From assembly GCF_036321535.1 (NCBI RefSeq), contig NC_087436.1, positions 84,756,001-84,820,000 on the forward strand: a stretch of DNA of 64,000 nt, given 5' to 3'. Within the stretch, counting starts at the first letter, position 1. Every line of letters begins with the position of its first letter. Position numbers and translations under genes: made by a program. Shown here in pieces: positions 1-13,722 of the stretch. The notes below the pieces were generated by a model. It made no database searches. It had not been told where the DNA came from and saw nothing but the letters and a program-made list of their open reading frames with translations. This stretch comes from Camelus dromedarius (lineage: Eukaryota).

Positions 1-1709
1 TTACCATACAAATAACTCTAACTACAGCTTATGGGCTCTTTCCATGAAAATCTGCTAATGCTTTTTTTTTTTTTTGAATCCTGGATAAGTCATATAACTC
101 TTTAGTTTTAAAGAAGACACACAGAATAACTAAAGACTAAGGTGAAATGCAAACAGACTGAGGGTATTTTCAGCTGCAGGAATCCAAATGTTTAGAGCCT
201 CATGGCTAGCAATGGTGAGGATGAAGGCTATTGTCCTCTGTTGTTGCATCAAAAAACCAAAGATCCTCTATTTAGACAATTAGAGACTGTGCTTGATATA
301 GAAAAGACTGCTTGGTGGCACTGAAATTTAATGAAAAATGCCTGACTCAGGAAGGGAAAGAGAAGATGGGCCTACCAGGTGGATGGAAAGAAGATATGCT
401 TCATCTATCTGAGTTATCAGCTTCTTAAATGTCTTCATGTCAAGGGAAACAGAACTTGATGTGATTAAAGTGGCAGTAAGATCTTTATTAACCATATCAC
501 AAGTGGCATGAGGTTTGGATAAGATGACTTTATTTCCATAGAATTCTTGGTATTATATTTGTATTGGTTTCAGGATTTAGACTCGATAGCTTAATTCATG
601 GTTCTACCAATGTATATTGACACAGAGAATATGACTGACACACTTTCCTTAGAGACAAGTCAGATTTGTCTGTCAGAGAAAAGCAAAGTTATAGAATCCT
701 GCAATTCCCCCAGTTTATACAAGATAAAGAGAAAATTTCTCACAATCCTTCCCTATAACACAATGACTGAACTACTCCTAGGTGAGGGAAGAAGCAGACT
801 GTAAGTAAGAGAAAATGGTATTAGTCCAGCAAAGAAAAAGCCAAAGGAGCTGCAGGGTAGGGGATCCAAGAGAAGGCTGAAAGCTCTGCCTTCTAAGACT
901 GGAAAGGGCCTCCTGCAATGGAAGGAAAGGGGAGCTGTAGCTATAGCCTGAACGAAAAAGCAAAGTAGATTAAACGCAGATTCAACCAGCTGGACACAAA
1001 AGGGAAACAGGTATACTAGTAACTCTGGATGACAGAAATATACCATGCTATCTGTACTTTGGAGCTGAATATAGACATGAGCCAGAAGAAAAGAGGCCAT
1101 TCCACTTAGGTAGCTCTCCTTCACAGCATGTATTAGAAGAAGGAAAAAAAAAAGGGAAAAAGAAGCTTCTACCTTACACCTTCCTAAATAGTATTCCTTA
1201 ATTAAAAAGACACAACCAGTTCTTGGTATTATTACACTATTTGTTTTGATTTTCTGTAAGAAATGTTTCCTTAATCTGGTCTCTGTTCGCCAAGTTCATT
1301 GCCACTGTTTCAGTCTAGACACACTGTCTCCACTGTTTGCCATCAATCTCTTAAGACTCCAAATCCACCTTCTTATTTCTACCAGAGTTTACATCCTAAA
1401 AGGCATGCTACTCGTGTCACCCCCTTGGTTAAAAATTTGTTTGTTCTTCATGTTTATAAGGTAAAATCCAGACATTTTTGGTTATCATACCAAGTTCTTT
1501 ATAACCTGACTCCAACCTGTAGATATAGCCTACTTTGGCCATATTGACCTTCTTACCATTTTTCAGATACATCACCTTTTTAGATTCTGTATATAAATAT
1601 TCTGATTTTACATTTCTTTGAAAGAGGAACAAGAAGAGCAATGACACAGGTAGCAAAAAACTGTAATTTTCAGTAATTCAACACTATGGAGTACAAATGA
1701 TCAAAAGTA

Positions 1710-2197
1710 CAGGCATATCTTGGCAACATTGTAGGCTTGGTTCCAGACCATCACAGTAAAGTGAATACAGCAATAAAGCAAGTCACATGAATTTTCTGCT
1801 TTCTCAGGGCATATAAAAGTTATGCTTATACTATGCTGTAGTCTGTTAAGTGTTCAACAGTATTATGTCTAAAAAAATAATGTACATACCTTAACTAAAA
1901 AAACTTTATTTCTAAAAAAAGCCAACCATCATGAGCCTTCAGTGAGTTGTAGTAATAACGTGAAAGCTCACTGATCACGGGTCATCATAATAAACATGAT
2001 TATAATGAAAAAGTTTGAAATACTGCGAGAATTACCAAAATGTGACACAGAGGCACAAAGTGAGCAAATGCTGTTGGAAAAATGGCACAATAAACTTGCT
2101 TGATGCAAGACTGCCACAAACCTTCAATTTGTAAAAAAAAAATACAATATCTACAAAGAGCCAATAAATTGAAGCACAATAAAACAAAGTATGTCTG
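1710..2197 (-). mobile_element. Non-autonomous Tigger1 derivative (TcMar-Tigger; about 490 bp, Tigger1a-like)
   Basis: TA|CAGGCATATCT...AGTATGTCTG|CA terminal inverted repeats; both Tigger1 ends recognisable, with the internal transposase deleted. Confidence 0.8.
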
Positions 2198-2484
2198 CAT
2201 CTGTTAGGGGGATTTTTGAAGGAAGTAGGTACAAAAATTTGCCTGCAATCATATCAATCTATGAAAGTCTTTAAAAAAAGTAAGACATTCAAAACCTACC
2301 CAGATTCACTCAGTGAGTAAGAACCTCCAGAGATCAGTCCTTAAATCCATACTCTACTGCCGCAAGGCCAACTTTGGGAACTACTGCTTTTCAAAACCCT
2401 AGTCCAAAATGCCACCATTATGAACCTTATCTAGCCACAAGCTCATTCCCAGAAGTGAAATAACAAAACTTTCGATAAACTTAC

Positions 2485-2636
2485 CTAAGTGAGTTCATCT
2501 CTGTTTTCTGATGAGATGAGTCACCAGCCACATAGCTAAGTTTTTGAGCTTGGAGTTTTGTTTTTTTCTCTAAAGACTCTATTGTTTCTTTCATTATTAA
2601 CATTTTAGACTTTAATTCACATTTTTCGTTTTCAAG
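2485..2636 (-). CDS. CEP135: CEP135 exon 15 (152 nt)
   Basis: LENEKCELKSKMLIMKETIESLEKKTKLQAQKLSYVAGDSSHQKTEMNSL(R); ATAG|CTT acceptor, TAG|GTAAGT donor. Confidence 0.96.
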
Positions 2637-3049
2637 CTATAATTTAAATTAAAAAAATTAATAGGTATATGTCTTAGTTTCTTTTCCTTAAGCACTCTAG
2701 TAATATTTCTGGAAGAAAACTAAGGAAATAAATTATATTTATTTAAGAATACTTTAAAAGTTATCTGTTTTAGGTTACAGATGTCAGAACAGGCAAACAC
2801 ATTGACCTCTCCTCTTCAATATCATTCAATACCAAATACTGAAATCAAAGAAAAGATACAAACAAACAAAAAGGCAAGAAAAGAAGAAGAGAATATATCC
2901 ATAACAGCAATGAAACAGGAAGGAAAACCATAGCAGACCAAATTTTTGAGAAAATTTTTTTTTAAAAAGTAGATTAGGACTGAGTTGAAGAAAAATCAGA
3001 GAAAATACTGTAACCTGAACACAAAATAGACAAGACTTATAAAGGATAT

Positions 3050-4700
3050 AAAGGATCTATAACATTTTCTGATGGGCATAAAACATAACCTGACAATGTA
3101 AAGACGGCACCATGTTTCTGAATGGGAACACAATGTTGGAAATGGATTAAAATATCCTGAAATAATTATAAATTCAATGAAATTTAAGTAAGAATCCTAA
3201 CAAAACCATTTTAAAATAAAATGGGTGACTTAGATTTCATTCTAAAATTTATTTAGAAGAAAAGAAAGTTAAGAAAAAACAGGAAAAAGTTTGGGGGAAA
3301 AGAATGCAGCTAGACTTGCTTTATGAGATATCAAAATAAACTAGAGAGCTATATAATTAAAACAGTATGGATTTCACAGAGCTACAGACAAGCATATCAC
3401 AAATGTAAATTTTGAAAAGGCAGCATTTCTAAAAATAGAGTTGGCATAGCTACTCATTGGAGACAAAAAAATTAGCTAAATTTCTTTTACTTTACATACA
3501 AAAATAAATTCTATATGGAATAATGATCTACAAATAAAATCAAAACCAAAACATATTAGTGATAAATTTAAGTCTTCCAGTTAAAACTATAGACTGATCA
3601 CATACATTTTTTTCTCCCTTTCCTCTGGAAAAAGTGCTAAAACAATAGTAAAGAAATAAGAAAGTTATATACTCACAAGGACATGGAGAATAAGACAGAA
3701 AACAGGGTGAATGAGTGACTTCAACAACTTGTGAAAGACAAAGTAGACAGAATAGTAGCTCAGAGTGGAAGAACTATATACACTCTAGTCCTAGGTTCAG
3801 TGCCATCTGAGGCCAGTTAATTCTTCGCTGTGGGGGGCTGTCCTGTGCATTGTGCACTGTGCATTGTAGGATATTTAACAGGATCTCTGGCCTCTGCTTA
3901 CCAGATACAGGAAGTACTTTCTCCCCTACTTGTGACAATCAAAAATTCTCCAGATATTGTCAAATACCTCTTAGGAGGCAGAACTGACCCCAGTCAAGAC
4001 TCACTGATCTAAAATGACCACAGGAGGGAATACCAATGAGCAGCTGACTTACCCTGAAGAAGCTCAACACATGGAGGGACAAAGTGGTGGTGTGGGGTCA
4101 CGGGCAGACTTGAACAAGATTGGCTGAAAGTCTATATATTGGGACTCTCACACCCTAGATATCTCTTTATAGAAAGTTCTCTTGAAAATCAAATATATAT
4201 ATAAAATATCAGTAGAATGGCTAAAAAATAAAGTTGAAGAAATCTCCCAGAAAGTAGAAGAAAAAGTCAAACAGAAAATAAAGGAGAAAGGATAAGAATC
4301 TCAGACTTCTTTAGGCAATCTAAAATCAACTAGTAAAAGTTCCAGAGAGAGAGAGGGAAAAAAAAAGAGTAAATTACGAAAGAAACTGAAAACACAAGAT
4401 GAAGAGAAAATCCTAAAAATTTTCAGAAATAAAAACATGTTTCAAAGGACTTGGAAACTGAACAGCTTCAGGTACCTCAAAGAAAGTTGAAAGACCAATG
4501 GAGGACAGTATTCAAAATTTTTAGTGAAAGCAATTTTCTAATCTAGATTTCTATATACCTAACTCAAATCATAAATCAAGTATGGAAGTTGAATAAAGAC
4601 ATTTTCAGACAAGTAGAGTACCAGAAAAATTTCCTCCCATGTATTCTTTTTAGGAAACTGCTGGAGAGATGCTATACCAAATGAACGAACAAATCAAGAA
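3050..4700 (+). mobile_element. Old L1M fragments (ORF2 piece, then 5'/ORF1 pieces), interrupted by MER20
   Basis: A-rich, degenerate L1-like motifs (ctagatttcattctaaaatttattt; aattttctaatctagatttctatatacc; aataaagacattttcagaca). Confidence 0.55.
3791..4006 (+). mobile_element. MER20 (hAT-Charlie)
   Basis: ggggggctgtcctgtgcattg...ttgtgacaatcaaaaattctccagatattgtcaaat; similar to the copy at 43902. Confidence 0.75.
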
Positions 4701-5491
4701 GAAGACGTGAGATTCAACACAGGAGAGGGGGTCAGGGACAGTCTTATGAGGACAGTGATGGAGAGACACAGTCTACAATGGAGCAAGAAGATGGAAAGGT
4801 CAGGAAGGGAGGTCTTCAGGGAGGGAAAAAACCAGAACTGATGGGTTTGAAAACTCAAAAAATACTGAAAGGCATGGGGCAGAGTGGAGTTCTTGATGAA
4901 AATTGGTGATGAAAACCAGAAAAGTAACAGAAAACAAAAATGAAACAGAACAAAAGCAATTATTAACTCCAGGAAAAAGATCTACAAGAAAAAAGGCGAG
5001 AGCAGTACTGTCCCAGTTGGCTGAACCATGAACCACGAGAAGTCATGCTAACATAAACTGCAACCACTAAAGTAAGCAAAATGTGTAATTAAATTATGTT
5101 GAAGTAATGGGAGAAGGAAAAGGGGAGTTCTAAGCCATCATTTACAGTCGTGGAAATTCACTAAGTAACCTTAAATAAAGTAAGACTATGCAGCACAAGC
5201 ACATTATTTAGAAACTGGGAGGTAAACACCAGGAAAAGAGTTGAAAGAGTTATGGATGGTAATTTGGGGGATAGGGAGGTGGGAAAGTAAACTTTTTTTT
5301 TTGCATTAAAAATCTTTCAGAATTCTTGTACAAACAAGAGTACGTGTACAGTATAAAGAATAAAAACATGAACATTTGGGTTCCCATCACCTGGCTTAAA
5401 AATGAAAAACCCTTGAAACTTGAGAGCAGTCTCCAGTCACATCCCCCAACCCCTGCCCACAGTATAGAGTCTTGTGTTTCTCATTTCTTGC

Positions 5492-5586
5492 CTTTTTTTT
5501 TTTTTTAAATGGAGGTACTAGGGATTGAACCTAGGACCTCTTGTATGCTAAGCATGTGCTCGACCACTGAGCTATTTCCCTCCCCG
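5492..5586 (-). mobile_element. tRNA-Ala-derived SINE (camelid vic-1 type)
   Basis: GGGGAGGGAAATAGCTCAGTGGTCGAGCACATGCTTAGCAT...GGTTCAATCCCTAGTACCTCCA plus A tail; TSD tctcatttcttgc at 5479-5491 and 5588-5600. Confidence 0.85.
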
Positions 5587-6119
5587 CTCTCATTTCTTGC
5601 TTTTCCTTAGCACACCACACTTGTATTAATCTCCAAACAATATACAGTTTATAAAGAAATTCCTGACTCTGGTTTCTCCGTTAGTATTAATTACAACACA
5701 AGCCACTGGCGTCAAACATACCTACTCATAAGGGACAGTTATTTATTTTTGAGAATGTGTGCAAACATAATTCACATACCTATTTTTGTCGGGTGAATAT
5801 CCAGACGATGTATAACAGATTTGTTACATAACAAAACAATTTTCATGTACATGGAGAAAATACTCAATTTTCCTAATGGGCTCACGTATTATATAGTTCA
5901 TATACCTAAGATACTCTTCTATTTTAAAATAGTGAATTAAATTTGTTGGGAGACCAAAGATTCCCTAATAGAAACAAAATGGACTACCTCTGTTTTGATC
6001 AGCTTAATCCAATGACATATCCCCAAAAAAGTAAAGCCATCTTTTCCCACCCATATCACATGTCTGCCTGTTTGGGAAAGGGCTATGAAACCTAAGGGGA
6101 GTTACTGGCTTACTGAAGA

Positions 6120-8100
6120 ATCACTGCATGCTTACTTCAACATATTTGTAAGATTCATGCAGGTTGATGTTTGAAGCTATTGTTCATTCATTTTTACTGC
6201 TCTGTAACACTCCATTAAGTTAAACCATTGTTTATCTATTTTCCCCATGTAGATTGTTTTTCATTTTCTTCCAGAGAGTAAAGTTTAGGTTTTTGTGAGC
6301 CTTATGGTCCTGTTGTCACTACTCCACTACAACATAAAAACAGCCACAGGCAATGTATAAACAAATGAGCATGGCTGTGTTCCAATAAAAATTTTACTAC
6401 AAAAACAGACTGGAGGTTAGATTTGGTCTGGGGGCCGTAGTTTATTGACTTCAATCCAGGGTATATCTCTAGAAATGGATTTGCTGGCTAATGGGGTATG
6501 CCTTTGCTAACCTAGAACAATGCCACATTCTCTCAAGGAGGTACCAGTTTGCACTCCCAGAAGCTAAACTTGCTCGCTATAATATTTGTTATAACTTGTT
6601 AATTTCTGATGACCTGATGGATATGAAATGATTTTGCTGTGGTTTTAATTGGTATTTCCCCTATTATTGAGGTAGAATATCTTTTTACGTTAACCATTTA
6701 TAATGTCTTCTGCCAGGAAGTGTCAATTCATATCTTCTGCTGAGTTTTTTTAGGTTAAATGTATACGTAGCAAGTTGTTCTCTCAATTAGTGCTTGTCCT
6801 TTCAATTTATGGCTATTTGATAAACAAAGATGTTCTTGTCAATGTGATCCTATTTATCTGTTTTCTTTAAAGAAATAAACTTATTTGTGTCTTGTTTAGG
6901 ATCACACATTCTGGCACCAGACACCTGCTAGCTTGAGCAAGCTTCCCCTCTGCCTCAGTTTCCTTATCTGTGAAATGGGGCTAATACTAACGTTTACTTC
7001 ACATGATTGTTGTTAGAATTAAAATTATATATGTGAAAAATATATATGTATGTGTGTATATTTATATAAAATGTTAAGAAAAGTACCTGACACATAGTAA
7101 ATGCTCTATAAACAATTGCTATTATTATTACTTCTCTAAGGTCAAAAAGATTTTTTTCCTGTATTTTCTTTTAAAATTTGTAGTTATTTCTTGAACATTC
7201 AAGACTGCAAGTAACATTGAACTAGTTTTTGAGTATGGTATATCTGACGTGGGATCCAATTCCTTTTTCATATACATATATATGAACAGGCAATGGTCCC
7301 AGAAACAATTACTGAATAATCCTCTCTTTCCCCTCATTGATCTGAGTCTTTTATAGATCAAATTTCCGTAATTTGCAGGTTTTTCTCTACTGGGTTTTCT
7401 CTCTCTCAATCCCTGAGCACTACCACTCTTATCTTAATCACTGACTCCAGAGCCTTCAATATCTAGTAGAACAAGTTCCACACCATGTTCTTTAAAATTT
7501 CTTTGTGACTCTTGGCTCAGCTTCCACGTACATTTTAAAATCTATTGTCAATTTTAACACACCCCACACACCCACACACACCTCGCCTTCTTGGGATTTC
7601 AGCTGAAACTCTATCAATTGTGCAGATTAATTTGGGGAGAATTCACTTTCTTTCTATAAACATGTCACCTTTTAAATAAACCTGATATATTGCTCCACTT
7701 ATTTAGATCTTCCTTAATGTCTCTTAATAAGGCTGCATAATGTTTTCCATTAAGATCCTACAAAACTATACATAGGTATCTGGTATTGTTTATCATTATG
7801 AAAAGGACATGGATTTTATTTATCTTACTTGAGACTTGTCACACTACTGGAATTCACTGTGCATTCTGAATTAGAGGATTCCTGTGCTTTTATAATACCT
7901 AGAAAAGTATCAGTTATTATGTCTTCAAATACTGACTCTCCCACATGCTATTATAGTCTCCTAAAATTTTGACTAAATAAATGTTGGACCTTCTCCCTTT
8001 TTCTCTAAAGCTTTAACTTATTTTGTATTCTCTATCTCCTAGTCTCTTTCCATTGACTTCTAGTACCTCAGATAAATTTTCCCATTCATTAATTCTTGTT
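6120..8100 (-). mobile_element. Old L1ME-type fragments with nested MER58A (about 6268-6455) and MIR (about 6925-7128)
   Basis: L1 antisense motifs (gtggttttaattggtatttccc; gattaatttggggagaatt); MER58 motif acaaatgagcatggctgtgttccaataaaa; MIR core ctctgcctcagtttccttatctgtgaaatgggg. Confidence 0.65.
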
Positions 8101-8109
8101 CTCAGCTTT

Positions 8110-8930
8110 CTAGGCAGGCTGGAGTGACAGGGACCCTTCTAACCTATTGAAATAACTAAAAATTTGGGCAAAATACATGAAATGATTTTCAAGACACTGG
8201 GCATCAGGCAATGATGGATAGTGATCCCTGAGAGACAGGAAACAAAGGAGATGAGCCCTATGATTGTTCTAGCCTACTGTCTGAAGGATTTCCAGACTGT
8301 GGCACAGGGAAAGGAACCCAGCTGAACCTGGTGGTTCCTGTAAGTTCATAATAAGAGAGGCAAGGGAGGCCAAGGCAGTTAGAGTTTGCTGGGCAGATAC
8401 TGGAGGAGAGCTGCACAGAGTAAGAGCTCCAGAGTTTTGTAAAGGGTGCCCCTCGATCCTTCAGCTGAGTAGAGCTCAGTTCCTAGAAAGCAATCCAAGG
8501 CCAGGGAAAGAATCATCAAAGAATTAGAGGGAACAATACTGAGAGCTCATGTAGGGCCAGAAATAGTTTCTGTTCCCATCAGTCATTTGAAAACCTCATA
8601 ATTCATAGGGCAATAGGTAGTGTACTCAAAAAGATGTAGTCTTAGTAGTAAAACAAAATTAGTCCAAACTAAATGCTACTCTGGTCCCACCTAATGAAGC
8701 TTAAAAGCAAAACTGAAAAGGATCAAGCTACTTCTATCTGACTTAACTATATCCCAGAACAAAGAGTGTTTCTAGGAATACAAGCTCTCCAGCAACCAAG
8801 AAAATAAAATTCACAATGTCTAACATCCAATCTAAAGTTACCAGGCATGCAAAAAAGCAGGAAAATACAAATTAAGAGAAAGAGGGAAAAAAAAAATCAA
8901 CTGACCCAAAACTAATAGAAGTAGTAGACA
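8110..8930 (+). mobile_element. Old L1M 5'-end fragment
   Basis: ttttcaagacactgggcatcaggcaa...gtgatccctgagagacaggaaacaa; ends aattcacaatgtctaacatccaat...accaggcatgcaaa. Confidence 0.55.
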
Positions 8931-9124
8931 AATAAAACCAGTGACAATACAGAAAAGGAAACGAGCCATAACAAAACACAGAGAGAAAACAGACTAGCAG
9001 AACACATGTGAATTTGTTAAAAAACCCTCTCTCTAGTGAGAGCAATAAAAGGAGTAAAAATGAATTTCGCTTTTTACTCTAGTCTGTATTATAAGATTTT
9101 TAAAACAAGAACAAAACAACATAA

Positions 9125-9350
9125 TCATAGCTAACACCTATTGAGTGCTTATGATATGCCAGTGACTCTTCTAAGTTCTTGACATGTATTAACTTGTTTA
9201 ATTTTCACAAAACCTCTAAGAAGTATTAGCATCATTCCTATTTTACAAATAAATTAAGGGACAGAAAGTTTAAGAAACTTGCTTACAGATAGCAGGTGAC
9301 AGATTTAAACCCAAGTAATCAACCTTCAGAGTATACACTCCTCATCACTG
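9125..9350 (-). mobile_element. MIR
   Basis: atagctaacacctattgagtgctta...cattcctattttacaaat...gatttaaacccaag. Confidence 0.7.
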
Positions 9351-9464
9351 TTACACAGTTTCTCTAACATATTATTTTGTAACTTTAAAAACATACAGTA
9401 CACTAAAACTACAATTAGTCATTCATACAACAAAATACATCCCAAATCCAGTTTCATAAATTAC

Positions 9465-9542
9465 CTGGTGATTAACACATGTCAAATGTTCTATAGTTTT
9501 CTCTAATTCTGATTTTCCAAAAATACTCATTTCCTGGAGATG
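9465..9542 (-). CDS. CEP135: CEP135 exon 14 (78 nt)
   Basis: HLQEMSIFGKSELEKTIEHLTCVNHQ; TTACAG|CAT acceptor, CAG|GTAATT donor. Confidence 0.95.
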
Positions 9543-10249
9543 CTGTAAGAGAATTTCATAGATGTTCATTCACATCAGATAATAAAACAAAATTACCACA
9601 ATAAGCAATGCAAGCCTATGGTACTATTTCATTTGTCTTTTTATAACCCAAAAATGTTTAAGAAAGAAAATTATTAGAAATTTTACAAAATAATGCTTTG
9701 GGTTGAAAACAAAAACACAAGAGGTTCTTATCTTTTACACTCTACCTCCAAGTGTGACTTTAATAGAAGACACAGATTGGCACGGATCTGTAAAGATTTA
9801 TACAGATCAATCCATTAACACAATTATAAAGGGAAAAACCCATCAGGTTAAGTAAGCTCAGGAGTATGCCTTCATGAGAGGAGATGTAAGAGGAACAGAG
9901 TGTAAACAAAGAACAGATGGGATCGGAAAGACACAGAAAACAAAATATTACAGGGCAATGCAACAGATTAGAGTTTTAAGAATAAGCTGGTCAACAGTGT
10001 AAACACAAAAGGTTTTTCTTGGTTATTTTACCTGGTCCAACTCTTGCTGATGCTAAGTCTAGGACAAGTGATATGTTGGTATTCCCCATAATTTTTCTTT
10101 TTTTTTTTTAATTTATTTTTGTCTGGGAATTTTTCTAGTGCAAATTCTTACTTCCATCCATGTTATCCATTAAAAATAAGTAAATAAAGACATCTGATGT
10201 TTGGATTATATATTTTGTTGAAAAGGTCATTGTGCTGTATGCATTTTTT

Positions 10250-12110
10250 TCATTTACTAAATCATCCAACCAGTATTAAGTACATACTATATACCAAGCA
10301 CCAAGCAAGGTGATAGAAATACAGTTGTGAGTAAAATGGGTAAAGTCTCTGATGTCACCAACATTACAGTCTAGTAGAAAAGACAAACTTTAAACAAGAT
10401 ATTAAAATAAACTCCGTTAACATTCTGCTAGGAAAAGATGTTTAACCTGGCTCTAAAGGATGAATGGGAATTAGCCAGGTGAGGGGATTGGAAGGGGTGA
10501 AGGATTTTTTCAACAGCCTATGAAGAAAGTTGAGGGCAAGAAAAAGTCCATTAAACCTGGAGTTGAGAAAATGAGAGGTAGGGAATAAGGAAAGATGAGC
10601 TTGGGGAAAAGAAGCTACACCTTTAAGTAGGCAAGGGTCAGTCATCGAAGTCCCTGAAAATAGTTAATGAATTTTAAATAGGAAGTGATGTGATCAAATT
10701 TATATCTTTGAAAGATGACTCTGACTTCAGTGTGAAATACAGATTTGAGAGGGCACTAACATACTAGTGCAGCTGCGAAGAGTGGCCAGAACAGGATGGT
10801 GGCAGGGCAATGGAAACAAGTAGACTGATTCAAGAGAAACCAATGTGAGCTCAGGAACCAGATTCTTTGTGACTTCATTAGTTAGGTAATCTTGGGCAAA
10901 TTATTATTATCATTTTTAAAATTTTTTTTATTTTTATTAAGGTATAGTTGATTCATAATATAAGTTTTAGGAATACAACATAGTCATTCAAAATTTTTAA
11001 AGGTTAACTCCATTTATAGTTACATATAAAATATTGGCTATGGTCCCTGTGCTGTACAATGTATCACTGTAGCTTATTTATACATAGCAGTTTGTTCCTC
11101 TTAACCTCCTACCCGTCTTGTTCCACCCGCCTTCCCTCTCCCCACTGGTAACCACTACTTTGTTTTCTATGAGTCTGATTCTTTTTTGTTATATTCACTA
11201 GTTTGTTTTACTTTTTACATTCCACATATAAGTGCTACCATACAGTATTTGTCTTCTTCTGACTTATCTAACAAGTATAATACCCTCCAAATCCATCCAT
11301 ATTGTTGCAAATGGCAATCTTTTTCTTTCTTTTGGCTGAGTGGTACTCTATTATTTTATATATATATATATACACACCCCATCTTCTTTACCCAGTCATC
11401 TGCTGATGGACACTTAGGTTGCTTCTATATCTTGGCAATTGTAAATAATGCTGCCATGAACATCAAGGTACATATATCTTTTCAAATTAGTGTTTTCATT
11501 TTCTTTAGATACATATTCAGGAGTAGAATTGCTGGATCATACAGTAATTCTATTTTTAGTTTTTGAGGAACTGCCATTATTGTTTTCCATAGTGGCTGCA
11601 CCAATTTACATTCCCACCAACAGTGTGCAAGTGTTTCCTTTTCTCTACATACTCGCCAACATTTGTTATTTGTGGTCTTTTTGATGATGGCCATTCTGAC
11701 AGGAGTGAGGTGATATCTCATTGTGGTTCTGATCTGCACTTCTCTATGATTAGTGATACTGAACATCTTTTCATGTGTCTGCTGGCTGGGCAAATTATTT
11801 GAACTTACTGTAACTCAGAGACCACTTCTGTAACATGACCCAACTGAAAAGGTAATTGTGAAGATTTATTGAGATAGCCTTGTAAAAAGCACTTAGAACA
11901 GAGCTTTCCACATGGAAAGGGCTTAATAAATGTTAACTATTATTTAAGACATAGCATCACTGGGACTTTGTGACTAATTGAGAGATAGGAGCTTTTAGGG
12001 AGAGAGAAGTCAGTGATGATGCCTGGGTCCAATGGCTGGGTGGAGAGTGGAACAACAGGAAGCTACTAGAGACTTGAAGACTGAAAGAATTAGTTCAGTT
12101 TTCAAGTGAA
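10250..12110 (-). mobile_element. L2 fragment interrupted by a MIR that is itself interrupted by an L1
   Basis: L2 motifs at 10250-10850 and 11945-12110; MIR halves at about 10850-10905 and 11787-11945. Confidence 0.6.
10906..11786 (-). mobile_element. 5'-truncated L1 (ORF2 C-terminus + 3'UTR), sense to CEP135
   Basis: ORF-track peptide [23 protein letters not shown]...[17 protein letters not shown] tgggcaaattatt at 10893-10905 and 11787-11799. Confidence 0.9.
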
Positions 12111-12599
12111 AGATCTACTGTAAACTCATAAATCCTGCATCCTATAATCCAGAAAGATCATCTGGTAATACAAATGTCACTTTATCTGAGTTTTCAGTAG
12201 TACTACATTTTTAAATCCTATTTTTACATTCCTTAGTCATTTCAACAGATATGGAAAAGGACAAATCAGTAGCTTGTATTAAAAGCTGCCATATTGTGCA
12301 GAAGTTTTCCATTTGGTAATTTTAACACTTATTTTAGGAAGGCAGTATTCCAAAAGATCCCAATTAAAAGTATTCTGTTGAGGTAAAACTTTAACTAAAA
12401 ATTTATGACATAAAGATTACCTTTATAATACTTAAATGTTCTTATTCTTAACCTTAGCTACTAATTTCTAAGCATTTATTCAATAATAGTTATTGGAAGT
12501 AAACTATGGACTTCATAATAGTAACAATAATAGTTAATATTGAGTTCTTAAAACGTACTGAGCACTGTTAAGTGCTTTATGTATATTAACATTTTTTGG

Positions 12600-13665
12600 A
12601 GTTATAGTATATTGCCCCTAGATATCGCATCAAAACCATAAGCAACAAACACAACATTGTAAAATGACTGTAACTCAATAACAAATGTTAACAGAAGAAG
12701 AAAATAGATAAATTAGAGTTCGTCAAAATTAAAAATTTCTGTGCTTCAAAGGACAATACTAAGAAAATGAAAAATGGGGAAAGTATTTGCAAATCATATA
12801 TCTGATAAAGGATCTGTATTGAGAATATATACAGTATTCTTACAACTCAATGATAATGACAAATAACTCAGTTTAAAAATGGGCAAAGGATCTAAATAAA
12901 CATTTCTCTAAAGAAGAGACACAAACGGCCAAATAAGCACATGAAAATAAGCACATTAGCCGTTGGGGAAATGCAAATCAAAACCGCAATAGATACTGCT
13001 TCACACCCACCAGCATGATGGTAATAAAAACCAGAGATAATAATAAGTATTGGTGAGGATGCGGAGAAATCAGAACTCTTACACACTGATGGCAGGGATA
13101 TAAATGGTAGTCACTTTGGAAAACAGCCTGGCAGGTGCCCAATGGTTAGTTATAGTTATCACATGACTCTAGACACATACCCAAGATAAATGAAAACATA
13201 AATCCACATAAAAAATTGTACACAAATGTCCATATCACCATTTTCCATAATAGCCAAAAGTGGAAACCACCCCAATGATAAATAAATGTTGTCTGTCCAT
13301 ACAATGGAATATCATTCCACAATAAAAATGAATAAAGTATTGACACATATTACATAATGGATGAACCTTGAAAATGTTATGCTAAGCTAGAGAAGCCAGA
13401 CATAAAAATACATACTGAATGATTCAATTTATATGAAATGTTCAGAGTAGGCAAATGTGGAGAGACAGAGAGTAGCCTAGTGGTCGCCCAGGCCTGAGGG
13501 GGATGGGGGGAATGAAGGGTGGCTGCTAACGGGTACAGGCTTTCTTCCTGAGGTAATGAAAATGCTCTGAAAGTGACTGTGCTGATGGTTGAACAAATCT
13601 TTGCATATACTAAAACCCAATGAATTGTACATTTTAAAATGGATGAATTACATGGTATCTCAAGG
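12600..13665 (+). mobile_element. L1MB-type 3' fragment
   Basis: aaatgggcaaaggatctaaataaacatttctc; 3'UTR gctaacgggtacaggctttcttcctgaggtaatgaaaatgctctg. Confidence 0.8.
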
Positions 13666-13722
13666 AAGTTTTTTTTACAAAGAAAGATAATGTCCCTCCA
13701 CATGAGGGCCTTCCTATTGAGA

